Source: Candidatus Saccharimonadota bacterium (lineage in GTDB: Bacteria > Patescibacteriota > Saccharimonadia > Saccharimonadales > Saccharimonadaceae). Taken from it: DNA of 64,000 nt. Shown here piece by piece: positions 58,166 to 64,000 of the stretch. Where the stretch lies: contig JAFOJO010000024.1 of assembly GCA_017421325.1 (NCBI GenBank), positions 27,005 through 91,004 of the forward strand, written 5' to 3'. Position numbers and translations under genes: made by a program. Every line of letters begins with the position of its first letter. The first letter of the stretch is position 1. The notes beneath the pieces are model-generated. The model ran no database searches and had not been told where the DNA came from. It saw only the letters and a program-made list of their open reading frames with translations.

Positions 58166-60109
58166 ATGTTCTATGAGGTGATACCTGGGAAGGTGTTTGG
58201 TAAGGGGGAGGTGCTGACGTATATGTCTGACGAAGCCTTAGCGCCCGGGCAGATTGTGATAGTGCCGCTAGGACGAAGCAAGGCAGTAGGCGTAGTTAGT
58301 AAAAAAGTTGCGCAACCAGATTTTGCCACCAAAAAGATTTTGCAAGTTTTGTATTCAACGCCGCTGCCGGCACATTTAATTGCTACGGCAAAGTTCGTAG
58401 CAGAATATTACCAAGTGCCGCTAGCTAGCACTCTGGGACTAATACTGCCAAATGGAGTAGATAAGAGGCGGCGAAAAACCGAACAAATGTTCGGGAACAT
58501 AGCAAAAACCGAACAGGCCGCTGCTAATGCGGAAATCCCGCTTAACCAGGCTCAAAAAAATGCGCTAGAAGCCCTAAAAAAGGCCACAGGAGCCACGAAA
58601 CTACTGCATGGCGTGACCGGAAGCGGTAAAACTAATATATACCTCAAAATGGCTAAAAATGCCCTTTTAGCGCAAAAATCTACTATACTTTTGGTGCCGG
58701 AAATAGCTTTAACGGGGCAACTTGTTCGGGTTTTTGAGAAATATTTTGGCGACAAGGTGGTATTAATCCATTCCCGACAGACAGAGGCCGAGCGACATTT
58801 GATCTTTAATTCCCTCCTAGAAACAGATGAAACTAAGATAATAATAGGACCAAGATCTGCCCTGTTTGCGCCTTTAAAAAACCTGGGGCTAATTATTATA
58901 GATGAGGCACATGAGGGCACTTACCATCAAGAGAATGCACCAAAATATTCGGCGATAAGAGTAGCAAGCTACATGGCCGGGAAGCTAGGAATTAACCTGA
59001 TTTTGGGTTCAGCTACTCCTACAGTGGAAGATTATTACTTGGCGGAGAAAAAAGGTGCTCTAGTGATACTAAAAGAAAAGGCCAAAACTACCGCAGTAAA
59101 GCCAGAAATTAAGATTATAGACCTAAAAAACAGAGATAATTTTAGTAAAAACCGGTATTTTTCTAATTCCCTGCTTGCGGCGATCAAAAACAACTTAGAA
59201 CAGGGGCAACAGACGCTAATTTTCCATAATCGTAGGGGGTCTGCGCCGCTCACGATTTGCGAAAGTTGCGGCGAGGAGATGATTTGCCCAAACTGCTATC
59301 TACCCCTGACACTACATGCCGATACCTATGAGCTGGTATGTCATACTTGCGGACACAAGGAGCGAGTACCGCTAAATTGCCCTAAGTGTGGTGCGCCAGA
59401 ATTAATACACAAGGGGTTTGGCACGAAGCTATTAGAGAGTGAATTAAAAAAGCTCTTCCCTGGTGCACAGGTAAAGCGATTTGACGCAGACAACAAAAAA
59501 GGCGAGGGGCTAGATGTGGTGTATTCAGAAGTAAGAGGTGGTGAGGTGGATATACTGGTTGGCACGCAGACCTTAGCGAAGGGGCTAGATTTACCTAGAT
59601 TAGCTACGGTGGGGGTGGCACAGGCTGATGCAGGGCTAAATTTACCGGATTTTATGGCAGAGGAAAGGACTTTTCAGCTGATTACCCAGGTGATAGGCCG
59701 GGTAGGGCGGGGGCATAGCGACAAAGCAGAGGCGTTTATACAGACATTTCGGCCGGAAAGCCCTGTGATAAATATGGCAGTAGAGTCTGACTATTTTGGG
59801 TTTTACGAATATACAGTGAAAAAGCGGCACCAGGCTGGGTTTCCGCCGTTTATGTTTGTAGCGAAGCTAGAAATCGCCATGAAAACAGAGGCGATTGTGC
59901 TGAAAAAAGTACGCACGGCAGTGGCAAGTCTCGCCCGAGATAAACGACTGTTAGTTTCCCCGCCAATGCCGGCGTTTCACGAGCATACTAGTAGGGGATA
60001 TACCTGGCAGATTATCGTGCGGACTAAATCTCGTAAAGTATTGATAGAGGCGTGTAAAGATTTAGGCCCGAATTTTCGTGTGACTTTCGACCCGGTGGGG
60101 CTATTGTGA
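58166..60109 (+). CDS. priA: Primosomal protein N'
   Basis: GVTGSGKT, LVPEIALT, DEAH, NRRG, two CxxC pairs, GRVGRG. Confidence 0.95.
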   Translation: MFYEVIPGKVFGKGEVLTYMSDEALAPGQIVIVPLGRSKAVGVVSKKVAQPDFATKKILQVLYSTPLPAHLIATAKFVAEYYQVPLASTLGLILPNGVDKRRRKTEQMFGNIAKTEQAAANAEIPLNQAQKNALEALKKATGATKLLHGVTGSGKTNIYLKMAKNALLAQKSTILLVPEIALTGQLVRVFEKYFGDKVVLIHSRQTEAERHLIFNSLLETDETKIIIGPRSALFAPLKNLGLIIIDEAHEGTYHQENAPKYSAIRVASYMAGKLGINLILGSATPTVEDYYLAEKKGALVILKEKAKTTAVKPEIKIIDLKNRDNFSKNRYFSNSLLAAIKNNLEQGQQTLIFHNRRGSAPLTICESCGEEMICPNCYLPLTLHADTYELVCHTCGHKERVPLNCPKCGAPELIHKGFGTKLLESELKKLFPGAQVKRFDADNKKGEGLDVVYSEVRGGEVDILVGTQTLAKGLDLPRLATVGVAQADAGLNLPDFMAEERTFQLITQVIGRVGRGHSDKAEAFIQTFRPESPVINMAVESDYFGFYEYTVKKRHQAGFPPFMFVAKLEIAMKTEAIVLKKVRTAVASLARDKRLLVSPPMPAFHEHTSRGYTWQIIVRTKSRKVLIEACKDLGPNFRVTFDPVGLL

Positions 60110-60172
60110 TTATTGTCTTTCCGCCTAAACAGTAATTTTTGGCTTTAGCGCTAAATGTGATATAATGTAAAC

Positions 60173-60243
60173 ATAAAGAGGAAGTTCTCTAGGAAAACTC
60201 CCTCGAATGGGTTGTTAGATTAGGCTAGTAGCCTAATCTTTTT
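60173..60243 (+). ncRNA. Putative antisense RNA B
   Basis: TGATATAAT (60158-66); hairpin 60178-60203; terminator 60216-38 plus T-run. Confidence 0.55.
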
Positions 60244-60297
60244 CTTCGGTTTGTCGTCTTTGTTCCGGTTGACAATGATCAAAGCGATTTGAAACAT
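60232..60297 (-). CDS. Putative type I toxin-like peptide B (MFQIALIIVNRNKDDKPKKKD)
   Basis: Promoter TTGACT-18-TATACT (60426-55, minus), leader homologous to module A, SD AGGAAGG. Confidence 0.55.
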
Positions 60298-60605
60298 TTT
60301 AACCTTCCTAGGGCAACTTTGGCACACCTAGAATAGCCGTTTAGTGAGCCCTCACACAACCGCAAACTCTTTTCAGGGCTTGTGAATTTTTGTGCCCACT
60401 AAACCCCCGAAGCCAACCCGCCCATAGTATAGGCAGATTGAATTTGAAAAGTCAACCCCTTACTTGGGAAATTGGGAGCGTAAGAAGTTTTACCTCTAAA
60501 GAATTAAGATGGTACTTGCGGTTATTTTAAGCCTAGGCGGAATAGGAGTGCATACCTTTGGCGAAAATGTGGGTAGTTTACTCGTAACCTAAATTGGTAA
60601 ATTCG

Positions 60606-62276
60606 TCAGCGGGCGAGACAACGGATAGAACGTCCGTGAGTTCTGCCGCTGCCATATCTACCAGCTAAATCCACCGTGTGCTTACCAAAGTATAAATAGT
60701 ATGTGCTCCTATAGTCAGAAACGGTGCTAGACCAATTACTACCACCAGAACCAGCAAAATAGAGCGGCCCACCGTCTATATTTCCAGATCGCGTAAAATA
60801 TAAAGGCGCATCGATCCAACCTACGTCGGAGTCAATGTTGTCTCTATTGTATAAATTATTAAGTTTAGTGAATTCATTAGCATCTTGACTTGAAATTACT
60901 GGCAATCTCCATCCTTTAGGACAAATAGAGTTTTGCGGATTTTTAGTTATGTTAACATAGGTATTAGACATGAATGAACTACTATCGTCGCTAGCAATGG
61001 CGGCAGACCAGTTGTAGTAATTGCCCGTTGAGCCATGGGTACTATTATTGTGGTATGGAGTTCGTGAGAAATGTTCACAAGCAGCAATAAGATAGTTGCA
61101 GTCCGACGTATCGTCGTTTGCATCCCAATACCATTCGCCTACATCCATAGAATAAGCTTTATTATTGTTATTTACCCACGCCGCACCGGTTCCAGTGTTG
61201 TAATTTCTGGTGACATTCTCTGGAGTCCAAGTAATAATTCTGGTATTCGGGTCATACGAGTAGTGTAAGTTATAGGCCCCAGTAAGTGAGTTGTCGTTTA
61301 GGTCTGTTTCCTCTGACGTAAGAGCTATAGAAGAAGATAGATCTAGATCTAGATTTTGTGTCATCCAACAGTGCCCATCTTTTAGTTTGGAGACGTAGTA
61401 TAGTTTATTGTCTCGTATGTCCACTAGTTTTTCTTCTGTTTCATAAGTAGTGGTTAAGGAGCATATTCTACTACTCATGTCTTGCATTTTGTAGTAGTTG
61501 CCAGTTTCACCTGTGATAGGATCTGTGACTTGTACTTTGTCTTTACCGGCTATATCAAAGGCTTCTTCCATAGTAGTAAGTTGGCTAGCATCATATGGGT
61601 GAGTCATGGTATATTTAACTTTACCTAGATAAGTTCCTGCTGGTTGGATGGGATTAGTGTATATTTCGTAGGTGGTATTAAAGTATGAACCAGTTAAGTC
61701 CGTGTTTAGATCCATGCTGGTGCCGGATGTTCTATAAGCCACTATAGTATCTGTACTAGGTATGAGATTATAGTTATTATATACATCTACTACAGTAGGA
61801 GCATAAGTTCCATTACTACTAGTTAACTTCATAGCCCAGGATGAAGGGGTATTGGCAGTTATTGTGCTACTATCATACACATTAGTATGAATATTATAGT
61901 TATCATTAATACTACTAACTAAATCCGTATTACCATCTGTATCATTACTACTACCTATAGCATAGATGAAATAGCCATTATTATCATTACAGTAAGCATT
62001 AATTCTAGTATTACCAATATTTCCTTCATATTGGCCATTAACTAATGTGGCATTATGTGGAGTAAGTATATTAGCGCTAATAGTACATGAAGTAGGTAGA
62101 GATAAAGAAACGCTGTCTGTACTAGAACTATATGCAGAACTATGAGATGATAAATGAGATAAAACAACACTAGAAACAACAAGAAGAGGAACAGAAACTA
62201 ACAATACATTACGGAAAGCATAGTAGAAGAAATCTGCTCTACTACTCATTAATGATTGTTTTACTTTGTGGCCCAT
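60606..62276 (-). CDS. FISUMP-domain surface protein, paralog 4
   Basis: Same architecture; N-domain closest to paralog 2. Confidence 0.75.
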   Translation of the reverse strand: MGHKVKQSLMSSRADFFYYAFRNVLLVSVPLLVVSSVVLSHLSSHSSAYSSSTDSVSLSLPTSCTISANILTPHNATLVNGQYEGNIGNTRINAYCNDNNGYFIYAIGSSNDTDGNTDLVSSINDNYNIHTNVYDSSTITANTPSSWAMKLTSSNGTYAPTVVDVYNNYNLIPSTDTIVAYRTSGTSMDLNTDLTGSYFNTTYEIYTNPIQPAGTYLGKVKYTMTHPYDASQLTTMEEAFDIAGKDKVQVTDPITGETGNYYKMQDMSSRICSLTTTYETEEKLVDIRDNKLYYVSKLKDGHCWMTQNLDLDLSSSIALTSEETDLNDNSLTGAYNLHYSYDPNTRIITWTPENVTRNYNTGTGAAWVNNNNKAYSMDVGEWYWDANDDTSDCNYLIAACEHFSRTPYHNNSTHGSTGNYYNWSAAIASDDSSSFMSNTYVNITKNPQNSICPKGWRLPVISSQDANEFTKLNNLYNRDNIDSDVGWIDAPLYFTRSGNIDGGPLYFAGSGGSNWSSTVSDYRSTYYLYFGKHTVDLAGRYGSGRTHGRSIRCLAR

Positions 62277-62307
62277 CTTCTACCTCACTTATAATTAGCT
62301 TTACTAA

Positions 62308-62442
62308 CCCCCATGTGGTGCCACTTGTAAACGGGGTAGTCATACAAAAATGGCACCGCAAGGGGTGCTATAACCTAATCAAAGTAATCGTGCGAACACT
62401 ACACATCTGACGGCTTCCCTGCGATGCCATTATTAGATATGT
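62308..62442 (-). promoter_or_regulatory. Conserved structured 5' leader, copy 4
   Basis: Motif as in copy 1; TTGAAA-18-TATAAT with extended TG (-10 at 62497-62502, minus). Confidence 0.7.
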
Positions 62443-62583
62443 AGTTTTCGCCTATAAAATAGGCACGATTTTTAATGATTAAGTTATAGCATCTTTATTA
62501 TATCACGAGCAAAAAGTGGATTTCAAGGGCTTTTTTCTTCCCTGTTATTTTGCGGATTATTCGTTCTGTGATATAATAGGCTT

Positions 62584-63156
62584 ATGAAAATAATTACCAC
62601 GCCAGATCCTAGGCTTCGTGAAAAATCCGAAAAAGTTACCAAGATTGATGATGAAATTTTGGGGATTATTGAGAACATGCGGAAACTTTCCCTGGATTGG
62701 GAAAAAGAGCACCCGTACGAGCTGTCGGCGGCAATGGCGGCGCCACAGATGGGCGCGAATAAGCGTATTATTATAGTGCGTGACGATATGGCGGATAAAT
62801 CTAAGGCGACTTTTACGGCGCTGATTAACCCAGAGGTGATAAAGGCGGATGGTAAGGTAAAGACTGATTTTGAGGGGTGCCTGTCGGTGCCGTTTATTTA
62901 TGGGAAGGTACCGCGGGCGAGCAAGGTGCGCGTGAAAGCAAAGCTGGAAGATGGTACAGAGGTGCGTATTAAAGCCACAGATGAGCTGGCGCGGACGCTT
63001 CTTCACGAGATAGACCATCTAGATGGAGTGCTGTTTATAGACCATATCAAGGGGGTGAAAGATGCGTTTTACGAAATGGACGACAAGGGTGATCTGAAGC
63101 CGGTGGATTACGATAAGAAAATCGCTAACAATAAAAAGCTGTTCCCTGATGAATAA
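62584..63156 (+). CDS. def: Peptide deformylase
   Basis: AAPQ, EGCLSVP, HEIDHLDG. Confidence 0.96.
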   Translation: MKIITTPDPRLREKSEKVTKIDDEILGIIENMRKLSLDWEKEHPYELSAAMAAPQMGANKRIIIVRDDMADKSKATFTALINPEVIKADGKVKTDFEGCLSVPFIYGKVPRASKVRVKAKLEDGTEVRIKATDELARTLLHEIDHLDGVLFIDHIKGVKDAFYEMDDKGDLKPVDYDKKIANNKKLFPDE

Positions 63157-63925
63157 GATAATCTTTTTAGGCAATGGACCGCTGGCAGAAGCGGCATTAG
63201 AAGTACTAGAAAAGCATTTTGAGGTAGTATTTCATGCGCGTACGAAGGAGGATTTAGTTAAAGTTTGCGAGATAAAGCGCGAAATGCCAGAGGTGCACGG
63301 GGTACTTGCGTCTTTTGGGGTGTTGGTCAAATCTGAGATATTAGAATTATTTGAACCAGAGGGGATTTTAAATATTCACCCTTCCCTGCTACCTTTATAC
63401 AGGGGTGCTTCACCGATAGAGAGTGCGATACTGGCGGGAGATAATGGCTTTTCCGTATCTATTATGAAGCTAACAAAGGCGATGGATGCCGGACCGGTAT
63501 ATTATCAGACCACTTTGAAAGATTTGCCCCTAGATAAAGCGGTGATTTATAGAGAACTGGCTAGGGCTGGGGCGGAGTGGATATGTGAAAATATAGACAA
63601 TTTACCCACCCCTGCTCCGCAGGATGAAGCAAAAGCAACATTTTGTGGGAAATTTGATAAATCTATGGGAGTTTTACATCCTGAAACAGAGAGCGCGGAA
63701 GAAATTTTTAGAAAAATTGTGGCGTTTCAGGGGTTCCCCAAGGCAAAATATGCGTTTTACGGCAAAAATTGTGCGATTTTAGCCGCACATAGACTAAAGG
63801 CGGGTGAGACGGCGGTTTTGCCGCTAAGGTGTGCCGACGGCCAAATTTTAAGCATAGACAACTTGCAGCCAGATGGTAAAAAGCCGATGGATGCGAAAAG
63901 TTTTATTAACGGATATAAGAAATAA
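63149..63925 (+). CDS. fmt: Methionyl-tRNA formyltransferase
   Basis: NIHPSLLP.YRGASP, MDAG; follows def. Confidence 0.9.
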   Translation: MNKIIFLGNGPLAEAALEVLEKHFEVVFHARTKEDLVKVCEIKREMPEVHGVLASFGVLVKSEILELFEPEGILNIHPSLLPLYRGASPIESAILAGDNGFSVSIMKLTKAMDAGPVYYQTTLKDLPLDKAVIYRELARAGAEWICENIDNLPTPAPQDEAKATFCGKFDKSMGVLHPETESAEEIFRKIVAFQGFPKAKYAFYGKNCAILAAHRLKAGETAVLPLRCADGQILSIDNLQPDGKKPMDAKSFINGYKK

Positions 63926-63932
63926 CCAATTC

Positions 63933-64000
63933 CTAAGCGCCGATGAGGCGGGATCGGTTGGCGCGGATCTCTTCTTTCATTTCGTTGATAGTGCGAGCGA
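63933..64000 (-). CDS. 3' end of a truncated ORF (...ARTINEMKEEIRANRSRLIGA*)
   Basis: Open frame running off the window edge and ending in TAG. Confidence 0.4.
   Translation of the reverse strand, partial: ARTINEMKEEIRANRSRLIGA

Noticed and set aside
1-64000. Complete DGR, retron or CRISPR locus
   Set aside because: No reverse transcriptase, AAC-rich template repeat, cas gene or regularly spaced repeat array seen in the window

Overview
Chromosomal segment of a small-genome bacterium, most likely Candidatus Saccharibacteria (TM7/Patescibacteria). This is inferred from protein style and gene set: three FemABX-family transferases, split phosphoketolase, and a CPR-type TraD-like ATPase next to a sigma4/HTH gene. 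Standard genetic code. The backbone is housekeeping: PBP1A, murJ, gatCAB, fusA, tuf, rpsJ, dnaE, a dcw cluster (rsmH-ftsL-ftsI-mraY-ftsW-murG-ftsQ-like), recJ, priA, def and fmt. The unusual content lies in accessory insertions and intergenic DNA. (1) Four dispersed paralogous FISUMP-domain surface proteins each lie behind a sigma70 promoter and a shared structured 5' leader with mutually exclusive pairings. Two of them have C-termini that differ in the codon pattern expected of DGR variable regions, but no RT or template is in the window. (2) A ~590-nt promoter-to-terminator region with long-range helices (candidate large ncRNA) sits next to an unrecognised 236-aa ORF. (3) Two homologous unannotated modules have type I toxin-antitoxin architecture. 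(4) There are many nested palindromic MITE/REP-like elements, one in frame inside a gene. (5) Many genes appear leaderless. All assignments come from reading the sequence by eye; no database, HMM or folding program was run.
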